A stretch of 64,000 nt of DNA from Alistipes sp. (GCA_017474235.1 JAFVIB010000002.1:70445-134444), one strand, 5' to 3'. Shown: positions 1-9,843, numbered from the stretch's first letter. The notes: generated by a model from the sequence alone, not told the origin. Program-made: numbers and translations.

Positions 1-102
1 GCCTGATGTCTTAATAGATATACTGTTTAGCTGTTATCTCTCGAAAATAGGCAATGTACAATTTGAGAGATAAAATATTTTACTTTTTTGTATTCTTTTT
101 AT

Positions 103-110
103 TACCTTTG
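103..110 (+). promoter_or_regulatory. Bacteroidetes -7 promoter box (TACCTTTG)
   Basis: Matches the TAnnTTTG consensus 22 nt upstream of the ATG at 133. Confidence 0.6.
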
Positions 111-132
111 CACCCGATAAAAGAAGAACGAT

Positions 133-1821
133 ATGAAGAGATTTTTAACACGGCTTATTATAGTTGCAGCGATTGTGGGCTGTAATAGTGAGGAGATTGT
201 GGAGGTGCGTTATTTGGCATCGCCTGTTCATACAAACTATATCTACTCGTTTGATGAGCAGACTAAGGTGCTTGCTGTTGCCGATACATTGGTGCGTGGC
301 GCACAGCTCAATGCTGTTGTGAATGGCACAAAGAAGATTGACGACAAACTCTATATGGCTGTAAAGGTGGGTCGAGAGCGTTACTATGCAGCCGTTGAGT
401 CTTTGGTTGCAGACCCTCGTGCAGTGGTGCAGGAGTCGGCAGTCTTTGTTCGCACGCCGGCATCTATTATATCTGATGTTGCTACATCAAAGGTTGGTGG
501 AAATGCGGCAAAGGGCGAGCAGTTGGCAGTTATCGGCTACGATTCGATAGATGCTGCGGGTCGTGTAAATAGATATATGGTACGACAGGGCAGTGTTGAG
601 GGTTATATCTACGCCAAATATACGGTTTTTGACCGTGAGCAGTCGTTGTTGCGTTACAAGGCAGAGCAGTATGATAAGGTACATAAGGCTGTCAAGAATC
701 CGTTTGGTGGTGGCGAGGCTATAGGTTGCGACTTCTATCCGACTGAGCGTGTAGTGTTTGAGAATAACAAGATGCCTGAGGCGTGTTATTCGCTCTACCT
801 CAATATCTCTCCGTCGGTTATCGGTAATATTGAGGCGTATATCGACTTTGCAAAGCAGACAAAGATAAACACCTTTGTTATCGATATTAAGGATAACGAG
901 TGCCCGGGTTATAAGGCAGAGGCGATGAAACTCTACTCTCCGACAAACTATGCGCGTGCCGGCTCGACAAAGGAGGCGATGTATGCCAAGGCAGTCCGTC
1001 GTCTGCACGAAGAGGGCTTTTATGTGGTTGGTCGAATAACCTGTTTTAAGGACTCATATCTTGTTAAGGACCACCCTGAGGTAGCTATCACGGAGAAGGC
1101 GACAGGCAAGCCGTTTAAGCACAATAAGGCTTACTGGCCCAGCCCGTATGACCGTAAGGTTTGGCAGTTCAATGTTGAGCTTGCCAAGGAGGCGGTGCGT
1201 AAGTTTGGCTTTAATGAGATAAACTTCGACTATGTCCGTTTCCCTGACCGAATGACTAAAGTTGAGCAGCTTATCGACTATCATAACAAGTATGACGAGA
1301 GCAAGGTTCAGGCTATACAGCGATTTGTGCAGTATGCTTGTGACGAGATTCACGCTGTGGGAGCCTATGTCTCTATTGATGTCTTTGGCGAGGCTGCAAA
1401 TCCGGGTTATACAACGGCTTATGGTCAGTACTGGCCCGCAATCTCGAATATTGCCGATGTTATCTGCGGTATGCCTTATCCTGACCACTTCTCAAATGGT
1501 TACTATGGCATCAAAAAGCCGTGGAATCATCCGTACGAGATTCTCAACGCGTGGGGCGAGAGGGTGCAAGGTCGTCAGGCTGTGACACCTACGCCGGCAG
1601 TTGTCCGTACTTGGGTGCAGGCGTATAATGTGATGCGCCATGTGGATAGAAACGGAATTAAGTACGATGCCGAGAATGTAGAGAAGGAGATTCGCGGTCT
1701 GTATGATGCAGGTCTGTTGGGTGGTTATACCACTTGGCACTCCGGCTCTAATTTGGAGAAGTATAAGGCTCAGAAGGGGGCGTTTATGATAGACTATTTG
1801 GCTGAGAAAAAGGCTAAATAG
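133..1821 (+). CDS. Lipoprotein with C-terminal putative glycoside hydrolase TIM barrel (DUF4015-like)
   Basis: 562-aa ORF; signal peptide ending IVGC; C-terminal INTFVIDIKD, GRITCFKD, EINFDYVRFP and WVQAY motifs typical of DUF4015-like proteins. Confidence 0.7.
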   Translation: MKRFLTRLIIVAAIVGCNSEEIVEVRYLASPVHTNYIYSFDEQTKVLAVADTLVRGAQLNAVVNGTKKIDDKLYMAVKVGRERYYAAVESLVADPRAVVQESAVFVRTPASIISDVATSKVGGNAAKGEQLAVIGYDSIDAAGRVNRYMVRQGSVEGYIYAKYTVFDREQSLLRYKAEQYDKVHKAVKNPFGGGEAIGCDFYPTERVVFENNKMPEACYSLYLNISPSVIGNIEAYIDFAKQTKINTFVIDIKDNECPGYKAEAMKLYSPTNYARAGSTKEAMYAKAVRRLHEEGFYVVGRITCFKDSYLVKDHPEVAITEKATGKPFKHNKAYWPSPYDRKVWQFNVELAKEAVRKFGFNEINFDYVRFPDRMTKVEQLIDYHNKYDESKVQAIQRFVQYACDEIHAVGAYVSIDVFGEAANPGYTTAYGQYWPAISNIADVICGMPYPDHFSNGYYGIKKPWNHPYEILNAWGERVQGRQAVTPTPAVVRTWVQAYNVMRHVDRNGIKYDAENVEKEIRGLYDAGLLGGYTTWHSGSNLEKYKAQKGAFMIDYLAEKKAK

Positions 1822-1900
1822 GATTGACGCTGAATAGCAACTTACAACTCTCTGATTATATAATATAGCTTTGCAACGAACCCGCTAATTTTTGAAAAAA

Positions 1901-1932
1901 TTTGTGAAATAAAAATTTTTATCATAACTTTG
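1901..1932 (+). promoter_or_regulatory. Bacteroidetes promoter, -33 TTTG and -7 TAACTTTG
   Basis: TTTG at 1901-1904 and TAACTTTG at 1925-1932, 20-nt spacer, upstream of yceD. Confidence 0.7.
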
Positions 1933-1957
1933 CGGACTAAAAGCGTACTAAGCCTGT

Positions 1958-2401
1958 ATGAAGAGGTATATTATTGATGCACAGACACTGCAACAGCAGA
2001 GCTTTGAGTTTGACCTCGAAGTGGGAATGGAGCTGTTTGAGGCTATGGAGATGACCGAGATGTCGGCTGTCGATTATCGCCTTCGCGTTGTCGGTACTCG
2101 CCTCTCTTCTAATAAGTTAGAGGTAGCGGTTGAGGGCTCGGGTAGCGTTGTTGTGCAGTGTGACCGTTGTCTTGACGATTTGAAGCTTGAGGCTGAGGCA
2201 TCGGGTGCTATGGTGGTATATTTCGGTGATGAGGAGAAGTCTTTTGATGGCGAGGAGGTAACTCTGATGCGTGGTGACGAACTCTCGATAGCTCAGTTTG
2301 TCTATGACAGCATTATGCTCGATTTGCCGATAGTACGAATGCACGAGCCTGAGGATTGCAATCCCGATATGTTGGCTCGTATAAGTGGTGTAACGGAATA
2401 A
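1958..2401 (+). CDS. yceD: YceD/DUF177 family protein
   Basis: CDRC motif, late 'LDLPIVRMHEPEDC' segment, and the conserved position directly upstream of rpmF. Confidence 0.85.
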   Translation: MKRYIIDAQTLQQQSFEFDLEVGMELFEAMEMTEMSAVDYRLRVVGTRLSSNKLEVAVEGSGSVVVQCDRCLDDLKLEAEASGAMVVYFGDEEKSFDGEEVTLMRGDELSIAQFVYDSIMLDLPIVRMHEPEDCNPDMLARISGVTE

Positions 2402-2431
2402 TTTTAACAAACTTAATATTTTTAGATAATT

Positions 2432-2617
2432 ATGGCACATCCAAAACACAAAGTCTCGTCAACTCGACGCGACAAAAGAAGAACCCACTACAAGGCAGTA
2501 GTTCCTACAGTAGTGGCTTGCTCTAACTGCGGTGCAGCAGTACTCTACCACAGAGTTTGCCCTGAGTGCGGCTTCTACCGTGGTAAGCTTGCTATCGAGA
2601 AGAAGGTAGTTGAGTAG
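2432..2617 (+). CDS. rpmF: 50S ribosomal protein L32
   Basis: MAHPKHKVSSTRRDKRRTH...CSNCG...HRVCPECGFYRG. Confidence 0.98.
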   Translation: MAHPKHKVSSTRRDKRRTHYKAVVPTVVACSNCGAAVLYHRVCPECGFYRGKLAIEKKVVE

Positions 2618-2630
2618 TAGAGCAATCAAT

Positions 2631-2667
2631 ACCAATTAAAGCATCGTTTCGGCGGTGCTTTATTGGT
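2631..2667 (+). terminator. Hairpin between rpmF and plsX
   Basis: ACCAAT-TAAAGCATCG / CGGTGCTTTA-TTGGT stem; short U-tract, so it may be an attenuator or processing stem. Confidence 0.45.
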
Positions 2668-2679
2668 TTGTGGTAGGAT

Positions 2680-3630
2680 ATGATTAGAGTTGGAGTAGAT
2701 GTTTTTGGCGGAGATAATGCGCCACAAGCGGTTATAGATGGTGCGATATTGGCATTGGAGCGTATAGGTGCTGATAATCGCATAGTGCTGTTTGGAGATA
2801 GAGATACCATTGTTGAGGCTTTGGCGGCTCGCGGATGTAGTGTAGATAAGTTTGAGATAGTCCACGCGCCACAGCGTATCGAGATGGGCGACCATCCGGC
2901 AGAGAGCTTTCGACAGAAGAGCGAGTCGAGTATTGTTGTAGGCTTTGAATATCTTGCATCGGGTGCTATTGATGCCTTTGCGGGTGCAGGCTCTACGGGG
3001 GCGATGATGGTCGGCTCGATGATGGTTGCAAAACCTCTACAGGGGGTGTTGCGACCAACTATTGCTATATCTATACCTACGATTGCGGGTAGTACAGTTA
3101 CTATCCTTGATATAGGTATCAATGTGGATTGTAAGCCCGAGGTGCTTGAGCAGTATGCCGTTATAGGCTCTGTATATGCGTCAGGGGTGTTGGGCATTGA
3201 TAACCCGAGGGTGGCTCTGCTCAATATTGGCGAGGAGAGCAGTAAGGGAAATGCTCAGGCAAAGGCTGTCTATCAGCTTATGAGTAGCTCGGCAGAGCAG
3301 GGTAGGTATAACTTTGTCGGCAATGTCGAGTCGTCGCATATCTTTACGGGCGATGTTGCGGATGTGGTTGTATGTGACGGCTTTGTTGGTAATATTGTCC
3401 TCAAGAGTGCCGAGGGCTTCTATGCTATAAACAAGCGTTTGGGCTTTGTGAGCGACTTTTGGAATGGACTAAACTATGAGCAGACGGGTGGTACTACGGT
3501 GCTCGGTATTGGCAAGGTTGTCACTATCGGTCACGGCAAGTCATCGCCAAAGGCTGTTAAAAATATGATTCTTTCGGCTCTGCATAGCGTCAAGACAGAC
3601 CTTGTGGGCAAACTGAAGGAGCAGTTCTAA
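2680..3630 (+). CDS. plsX: Phosphate acyltransferase PlsX
   Basis: VDVFGGDNAP, AGSTGA, LDIGINVD, LNIGEESSKGN, GNVE, VVVCDGFVGN and GHGKS motifs; follows rpmF. Confidence 0.95.
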   Translation: MIRVGVDVFGGDNAPQAVIDGAILALERIGADNRIVLFGDRDTIVEALAARGCSVDKFEIVHAPQRIEMGDHPAESFRQKSESSIVVGFEYLASGAIDAFAGAGSTGAMMVGSMMVAKPLQGVLRPTIAISIPTIAGSTVTILDIGINVDCKPEVLEQYAVIGSVYASGVLGIDNPRVALLNIGEESSKGNAQAKAVYQLMSSSAEQGRYNFVGNVESSHIFTGDVADVVVCDGFVGNIVLKSAEGFYAINKRLGFVSDFWNGLNYEQTGGTTVLGIGKVVTIGHGKSSPKAVKNMILSALHSVKTDLVGKLKEQF

Positions 3631-3655
3631 GAGACAAACCTAAATAAAAATTGAT

Positions 3656-5875
3656 ATGAAACTTTTGAAACTATCTATTGTAGTAGGTGCGCTCTTCTGT
3701 ATGGCATCTTGCTGCTGCAAATCTTCGGATTTGCCCGATTACCTCAATCCTGAGAAGGATATTGAGGTGCGTATTGACGATGCAATGGCACGAATGACTC
3801 TCGATGAGAAGATTGCCATTATTCACGCACAGAGTAAGTTCTCGTCTGCCGGTGTTCCGCGTCTCGGCATTCCTGAGTTGTGGACTACAGACGGTCCTCA
3901 CGGTATTCGCCCCGAGGTTCTTTGGGATGAGTGGGTGCAGGCAGGTTGGACAAACGACCGATGTGTTGCCTTTCCGGCTCTGACAGCTCTTGCGGCTACT
4001 TGGAATACAGAGATGTCGGCACTCTATGGTAAGAGTATCGGTGAGGAGGCTCGTTATCGTGAGAAGGATGTGCTTCTTGGTCCGGGTGTGAATATCTACC
4101 GTAGCCCACTCAATGGTCGTAACTTCGAGTATATGGGCGAGGACCCATATCTTGCCTCTCGTATGGTTGTCCCTTATGTTCAGCAGGTGCAGAAGATTGG
4201 TGTTGCCTCTTGCGTAAAGCACTATGCACTCAATAATGCCGAGACATATCGTCATACTACCGACCCTGTTGTCGATGACCGTACACTCTATGAGATATAT
4301 CTCCCTGCTTTTAAGGCGGCAGTTATTGAGGGTGGCGCGTGGTCTATTATGGGTGCTTACAACCTCTTCCGTGGCGAGCACGCTTGTCATAACGACCTGC
4401 TTCTCAATAAGATTCTCAAGGGCGAGTGGGGCTTTGACGGTGCGGTAATCTCAGATTGGGGTGGTACACACAATACCCGTGAGGCTATTACAAATGGTCT
4501 TGACCTTGAGTTTGGTACTTGGACAGACGGTCTTACAATGGGTAAGACAAACAGCTACGATATATACCACTTGGCAAACCCTTATAAGGAGCTGATTAAT
4601 AGTGGCGAGTTTACAACAAAGGAGCTTGACGATAAGGTGCGTCGTGTACTCAGACTTATGTATCGTACATCGATGAATACCGATAAGCCTATGGGCTCAC
4701 TTGTTTCGGATGCTCATATTGAGGCTGCATATACTATTGGTACTGAGGGTATTGTACTGCTTAAAAATGAGAATAACATCCTGCCTATCAACCTTGAGAC
4801 AACAAAGAGCATCGCTGTTATCGGCGAGAATGCAATCAAGATGATGACCATCGGTGGTGGTAGCTCTTCGCTGAAGGTTAAGAAGGAGGTCTCTCCGCTT
4901 GAGGGTCTGAGAAAGCGCGTAGGCGAGGGTGTTGAGATTCTCTATGCTCGCGGCTATGTCGGAGATACCACATCTGTATATAAGCGTGTCGATTCGGGTC
5001 AGCGATTGGCTGATGACCGTAGCGAGAAGGAGCTTATTGCCGAGGCTGTCGATGTGGCAAAGAGAGCAGATGTAGTGCTCTACTTTGGTGGTCTTAACAA
5101 GGCTAAGAAGCAGGACTGCGAGGGTACAGACCGTGAGGGCCTTGGATTACCTTACTCACAGGATAAGCTGATTACAGCCCTTACAGAGGTTACAGATAAG
5201 TTGATTTTTGTCAATATCTCCGGTAATGCTGTGGCTATGCCGTGGATTGATAGTGTTCCGGCTATTGTTCAGGGTTGGTATTTGGGCTCTGAGGCAGGAA
5301 ATGCTCTTGCAGCAGTGCTTGTGGGTGATGTCAATCCGTCAGGTAAGTTGCCGTTTACATTCCCTGTAAAACTTGAGGATACAGGTGCTCACTCTATGGG
5401 CGAGTTCAGCAAGGATGGCGAGGAGAACTATGGCGAGGGTCTGCTTGTGGGTTACCGCTGGAACGATGCAAAAGATGTAGCTCCACTCTTTGCCTTTGGT
5501 CACGGTCTGAGCTACACTACATTTGAGTATGGCGAGGCATCTATTAACCGTAAGAGTATGAGAGAGGGAGGTCGTGTTACCATTACCGTACCTGTTACCA
5601 ACACCGGTAGTCGTGCAGGAAAGGAGATTGTACAGCTCTACATTGCCGATAAGGAGGCGAGTGTAATGCGACCTGAGAAGGAACTTAAGGGTTTTGCAAA
5701 GGTTGAACTTGCTGCGGGCGAGACTAAGAGTGTCAAGTTTGAGATAGAGAAAGAGGCTCTGAGCTTCTTTGATGACAAGCAGCACTGCTGGGTTGCAGAG
5801 CCGGGTGAGTTTGAGGCACTTATCGGTGCAGCGTCAGACGATATTCGCACTTCGGTAATATTTACTTTGAAATAA
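3656..5875 (+). CDS. GH3 beta-glucosidase (BglX-like), probably lipid-anchored or periplasmic
   Basis: DGPHG, GRNFEY.GEDP, KHY, VISDW (nucleophile) motifs and a C-terminal Fn3-like domain (EIVQLY...ELKGF). Confidence 0.92.
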   Translation: MKLLKLSIVVGALFCMASCCCKSSDLPDYLNPEKDIEVRIDDAMARMTLDEKIAIIHAQSKFSSAGVPRLGIPELWTTDGPHGIRPEVLWDEWVQAGWTNDRCVAFPALTALAATWNTEMSALYGKSIGEEARYREKDVLLGPGVNIYRSPLNGRNFEYMGEDPYLASRMVVPYVQQVQKIGVASCVKHYALNNAETYRHTTDPVVDDRTLYEIYLPAFKAAVIEGGAWSIMGAYNLFRGEHACHNDLLLNKILKGEWGFDGAVISDWGGTHNTREAITNGLDLEFGTWTDGLTMGKTNSYDIYHLANPYKELINSGEFTTKELDDKVRRVLRLMYRTSMNTDKPMGSLVSDAHIEAAYTIGTEGIVLLKNENNILPINLETTKSIAVIGENAIKMMTIGGGSSSLKVKKEVSPLEGLRKRVGEGVEILYARGYVGDTTSVYKRVDSGQRLADDRSEKELIAEAVDVAKRADVVLYFGGLNKAKKQDCEGTDREGLGLPYSQDKLITALTEVTDKLIFVNISGNAVAMPWIDSVPAIVQGWYLGSEAGNALAAVLVGDVNPSGKLPFTFPVKLEDTGAHSMGEFSKDGEENYGEGLLVGYRWNDAKDVAPLFAFGHGLSYTTFEYGEASINRKSMREGGRVTITVPVTNTGSRAGKEIVQLYIADKEASVMRPEKELKGFAKVELAAGETKSVKFEIEKEALSFFDDKQHCWVAEPGEFEALIGAASDDIRTSVIFTLK

Positions 5876-5888
5876 ACAAAAAAAATAT

Positions 5889-5896
5889 TACCTTTG
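5889..5896 (+). promoter_or_regulatory. -7 promoter box (TACCTTTG)
   Basis: TAnnTTTG consensus upstream of the ATG at 5919. Confidence 0.55.
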
Positions 5897-5918
5897 TACA
5901 AACCTAAATTTTACAAAG

Positions 5919-7091
5919 ATGAAAAGATTTTTATTGACTCTTGTTGCGCTTGCAGGTCTTGCAACAGCCTCTGCGCAGCTTACTCCGAACAAGATTGTTG
6001 TTCCGGATATTGAGGGTTACAAGACCCTGAAGGGCGATTTCCACATCCATACTGTGTTCACTGACGCTACAGTGTGGCCCGTTACTCGTGTTCACGAGGC
6101 TATCTGGGAGGGTCTGGATGTTATCGCTATTACCGAGCATATTGACACCCGCCATCAGAAGTATGTAAATAGCGGTGTGTTTGTAAAGGAGAAGTGTGAC
6201 CGTGACTACTCTTATGAGTTGGCAAAGAAGGCAGCAGGTAAGAAACTGCTCGTTGTTCACGGTGGCGAGATTTCACGCGGTATGCCTCCTGGACACTGGA
6301 ACTGCCTATTTGTAAAGGATAATGATGATCTGTGCGCAGAGACCGAGAAGAATGACCACGACCATGTACTTGCTATGGAGGGCGGTCTGAAGGAGGCTCG
6401 CAATCAGGGTGCATTCATTATGTGGAACCATCCGAATTGGTGCAAGCAGGCTCCAAATGAGACTAAGATGTGGAAGGAGCATAAGAAGTTCTTGAAGGAT
6501 GGTTATATGGATGCTATCGAGATTTATAATATGGCTTGCGGTTACTCTCCGGAGGCTCACGAGTGGTGCTTGGAGCACAACTTGGCTATGCTCGGTAACT
6601 CTGACTGCCACGCTCCGTTCTTTATGGAGGTCGATTATCTGCACGGCGCACACCGTCCTGTGACTCTTGTTTTTGCAACAGAAAAGTCACTTGAGGGTGT
6701 TCGTGAGGCACTGGACGCTCGTCGCTCTGCTGTCTTTGCAGAGGGTAATGTCTATGGTCGTGAGCAGGAGCTTCGTCCGCTTCTTGAGGCTTGTCTGAAG
6801 GTTAATAGCGTACAGTTCAAGGCTAAGGAGGTTGTAATCGAGTTTGAGAATGTATCGTCTATCCCTGTAACACTCACAAAGGGCGCAGGCTCTGAGGATA
6901 CTTGGTATGCACGCTATGTTGTCATTCCTCCGTTTACTACCTACACATACAAGGCTCGTCCATTGCTTGATGGCGATAAGCAGCCTGCATTTGATAAGGC
7001 TATTACTGAGTATAGTGTTAATTTTGTTGCCGAGAACTTCTATATCGGAGCCGGCAAGCCACTCTCATTTAGCGTGAAGGCTACAAGATAA
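5919..7091 (+). CDS. Secreted PHP-domain phosphoesterase (Sb-PDE-like)
   Basis: Signal peptide; LKGDFHIHTVFTD, ITEH, GH, WNHP and NSDCH metal-binding motifs. Confidence 0.8.
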   Translation: MKRFLLTLVALAGLATASAQLTPNKIVVPDIEGYKTLKGDFHIHTVFTDATVWPVTRVHEAIWEGLDVIAITEHIDTRHQKYVNSGVFVKEKCDRDYSYELAKKAAGKKLLVVHGGEISRGMPPGHWNCLFVKDNDDLCAETEKNDHDHVLAMEGGLKEARNQGAFIMWNHPNWCKQAPNETKMWKEHKKFLKDGYMDAIEIYNMACGYSPEAHEWCLEHNLAMLGNSDCHAPFFMEVDYLHGAHRPVTLVFATEKSLEGVREALDARRSAVFAEGNVYGREQELRPLLEACLKVNSVQFKAKEVVIEFENVSSIPVTLTKGAGSEDTWYARYVVIPPFTTYTYKARPLLDGDKQPAFDKAITEYSVNFVAENFYIGAGKPLSFSVKATR

Positions 7092-7107
7092 CATACCTAA
7101 TTTATAT

Positions 7108-7145
7108 ATATCTGCTTGCCTTGTTTGGTGGGCAGATATTTTTTT
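7108..7145 (+). terminator. Intrinsic terminator
   Basis: ATATCTGC / GCAGATAT stem followed by a T-run. Confidence 0.7.
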
Positions 7146-7184
7146 GTAAGTAAAAATACTTAATATTAGACAAATAAAAAGTCT

Positions 7185-7192
7185 TACTTTTG
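7185..7192 (+). promoter_or_regulatory. -7 promoter box (TACTTTTG)
   Basis: TAnnTTTG consensus upstream of the porin ATG. Confidence 0.55.
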
Positions 7193-7220
7193 TAGCACCA
7201 ATCCGATAAATTGTATAATT

Positions 7221-8354
7221 ATGAAAAAGACATTAATACTTATATGCCTTTTGGCAGGAATCTCTGTTGCAAGTGCTCAGACTGCCGATTCTCAAGCAGA
7301 GGTAGATGCCCTCAAGGAGCGTATTGCCAAACTCGAAAAACGCTCTGAGGTATGGGATAAACTCAAACCTGCATTTAAGCTGTCAGGATATATTCAGGCA
7401 GGTTATGACTACTTGTGGAATGAGGACGGTACATCAACTTCTACTCTCCACCTCCGCCGTGCCCGTATGACTATGCAGGGTGATGTATATAAGGGCGAGA
7501 AGGGCGCTAAGGCGAGCTATCGCTTGCAGGTTGACTTCTGCGGTACTCCGGTTATTGTCGATTTGTGGATGAAGTATCAGCCGGTAAATCAATTCGGTGT
7601 GCAGGTAGGTCAGTTTAAGGTGCCTGTCTCTATCGAGAATACCGATTATAATGCCACTAAGTTGGAGTTTGTAAACTACGCACAGGCTGTTCAGCGTCTT
7701 GCTCGTTTGGGTAGTGGCGATATGACAGGTATCAGCTCGACAGGTCGTGATATCGGTGTTCAGCTTGCCGGTGGCTTTATCAAGAAGGATGGTTTTAGCA
7801 TTATCAACTACGAGGTTGGCGTGTTTAATGGCGCAGGTATCTGTACAAAGGATAATAACAAGAGCAAGGATATTGCTGCGCGCCTGACTATTCAGCCACT
7901 CAAACTCCTTAAAATCGCGGGTTACTATATGTATGGCGAGGCTGATGCGACATCGTTGCAGACAAAGTATCCGGCAATTGTTGCGGGTCTTGATGGTGCT
8001 AATGTAAAGTATATCGGTTATAGCCGTTATGGTGGTGGTGCCGATTATAATAACGATTTTCTCTTTGCTCGCGCCGAGTATATCGGTGGTAAGACGGGTA
8101 ATCTGACCTCGCAGGGTGCTTATGCACAGGTCGGTTATAAGTTCCTCGGTAAGTGTACTGCCGGTCTCCGTTTTGACTACTTTGATGAGAATACTGCCGT
8201 TGATGGTAATCAGATTAACTACTCTGTAGCCCTCTCTTATCGTCCGTGGAAGCATATCCGCCTTCAGGCTGAATATACTCGCCAGACATACAATAAGTTG
8301 GTAAACTCTAAGAACGGCAATTGCCTCTATCTTATGGTAACAGCCTCATTCTAA
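7221..8354 (+). CDS. Outer-membrane porin, OprO/OprP (phosphate-selective)-like
   Basis: Signal peptide, short coiled coil, LRRARM, GQFKVP.S.E and GRD.G motifs, terminal Phe. Confidence 0.75.
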   Translation: MKKTLILICLLAGISVASAQTADSQAEVDALKERIAKLEKRSEVWDKLKPAFKLSGYIQAGYDYLWNEDGTSTSTLHLRRARMTMQGDVYKGEKGAKASYRLQVDFCGTPVIVDLWMKYQPVNQFGVQVGQFKVPVSIENTDYNATKLEFVNYAQAVQRLARLGSGDMTGISSTGRDIGVQLAGGFIKKDGFSIINYEVGVFNGAGICTKDNNKSKDIAARLTIQPLKLLKIAGYYMYGEADATSLQTKYPAIVAGLDGANVKYIGYSRYGGGADYNNDFLFARAEYIGGKTGNLTSQGAYAQVGYKFLGKCTAGLRFDYFDENTAVDGNQINYSVALSYRPWKHIRLQAEYTRQTYNKLVNSKNGNCLYLMVTASF

Positions 8355-8415
8355 TAGTATTGGCTAAGTTGTTGCAGAGGAGAAACAGGATAGATAGTGT
8401 AATAACGGTTAAGAT

Positions 8416-9711
8416 ATGGAAAAACTTAAGAAATTTTTGGTTGAGGATTGGGTAGTAACATTTCTCTCTATTCCACTCCTTATTATCGCAGGTTGTGCAA
8501 CACTGCTTCCAAAGGATGCATTTAAGATTTCATCTGATTTGCTGCAGGCTGAGTCTTGGATTAATATCGGAGCTCTCTTTGTAGTAGCACTCGTAGTTCT
8601 CTATGTGGGAAACAGACTCCTCTCTCGCCCGCTGAAGGGCCTTTTTTGGTCGTTTGTAGTGGTCTTTGCAGTGTCAATGTTGGCACAGCTCACTGCAAAA
8701 ATCGGATTCATCAAGGCTTGGGGCTTTGAGGCTGTATTCTTCTCTGTAATCTTCGGACTTATTATCCGCAACTTATTCCATATCCCCGATTGGCTTAAGC
8801 CAGCTATTCAGGGCGAGTTCTTTATCAAAATTGGTGTTGTCTGCCTCGGTGCGACAATCCTCTTCCGCGACTTCTTGGCTGCCGGCTCGTTGGCTCTTAT
8901 TCAGGGCTGCGTAGTTGTCTTTTGCGTGTGGATGTTCGCCTTCTTCCTCTCAAAGAAGATGGGCGTTGATGAGCGTAGCGCAATGACCCTCTCTTCAGGT
9001 CTGTCTATCTGCGGTGTATCAGCTTGTATTACCGCTGCCGGAGTTGCTAATACCGACGGTAAGAAGCTCTCATATATCGTCTCTGTGGTGCTCATTATCG
9101 TAGTACCTATGATATATATAATGCCATATTTGGCAAAGCTTGTCGTGCCACTGCTTACAGACGATGTGGCTATCCAGCAGGAGATTGCCGGTGCTTGGAT
9201 TGGCGGTACTGTCGATACTACAAGTGGCGTAGGTGCAGCCTCTGCAATATATAGCGATGAGGCAAATAAGATTGCAATGATTGTTAAGGCTACACAGAAT
9301 GTCCTTATCGGTGTTGTCGCATTCTTTATCGCCCTCTACCTCTCTTCAAAGAGCGCAGGCGACGGTAAACTCCACCGCCCATCATTGCGTATCGTTTGGG
9401 AGAAGTTCCCTAAGTTCGTACTCGGATTTATCCTCGCTTCAGCAGTATTCAGCCTCCTCCAGTCTTATGAGGTGTTCCCTGATTTCGCTGCTAAGAAGCT
9501 CTCTGAGACCGCTATGGCAAAGAACTTCTCAGGCTTCTTCTTCTCACTCGCATTCGTCTGTATCGGTATGGATACCCGCCTTAAGGATATCGTCTCAAAG
9601 GAGAATCGAAACATCCTCTACACCTTCCTCGGCGCACAGTTGTTTAATATCATCTTTACATTCTTTGCAGCGTGGATATTGTTTGGAATTGTGAAACCTC
9701 TCCTCTTCTAA
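8416..9711 (+). CDS. YeiH/putative sulfate exporter family membrane protein
   Basis: Polytopic; IKIGVVCLG, GLSICGVSACI and WIGGTVD motifs. Confidence 0.85.
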   Translation: MEKLKKFLVEDWVVTFLSIPLLIIAGCATLLPKDAFKISSDLLQAESWINIGALFVVALVVLYVGNRLLSRPLKGLFWSFVVVFAVSMLAQLTAKIGFIKAWGFEAVFFSVIFGLIIRNLFHIPDWLKPAIQGEFFIKIGVVCLGATILFRDFLAAGSLALIQGCVVVFCVWMFAFFLSKKMGVDERSAMTLSSGLSICGVSACITAAGVANTDGKKLSYIVSVVLIIVVPMIYIMPYLAKLVVPLLTDDVAIQQEIAGAWIGGTVDTTSGVGAASAIYSDEANKIAMIVKATQNVLIGVVAFFIALYLSSKSAGDGKLHRPSLRIVWEKFPKFVLGFILASAVFSLLQSYEVFPDFAAKKLSETAMAKNFSGFFFSLAFVCIGMDTRLKDIVSKENRNILYTFLGAQLFNIIFTFFAAWILFGIVKPLLF

Positions 9712-9729
9712 TTTTGAATTTTAAGCGGG

Positions 9730-9788
9730 AAAAAACCAACAAAGGGCTGTACTGAATGTACTGCCCTTTGTTGGTTTTTTAGCCGAGC
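9730..9788. repeat. Core-only copy of the ~128-bp palindromic element
   Basis: 23-bp stem AAAAAACCAACAAAGGGCTGTAC / GTACTGCCCTTTGTTGGTTTTTT with one mismatch, then GCCGAGC; probably also the yeiH terminator. Confidence 0.75.
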
Positions 9789-9843
9789 CTTCACTGTTAC
9801 CACTGACGGTCTGAGCCATTGAAATCGAATTTTAGAAAAATGT

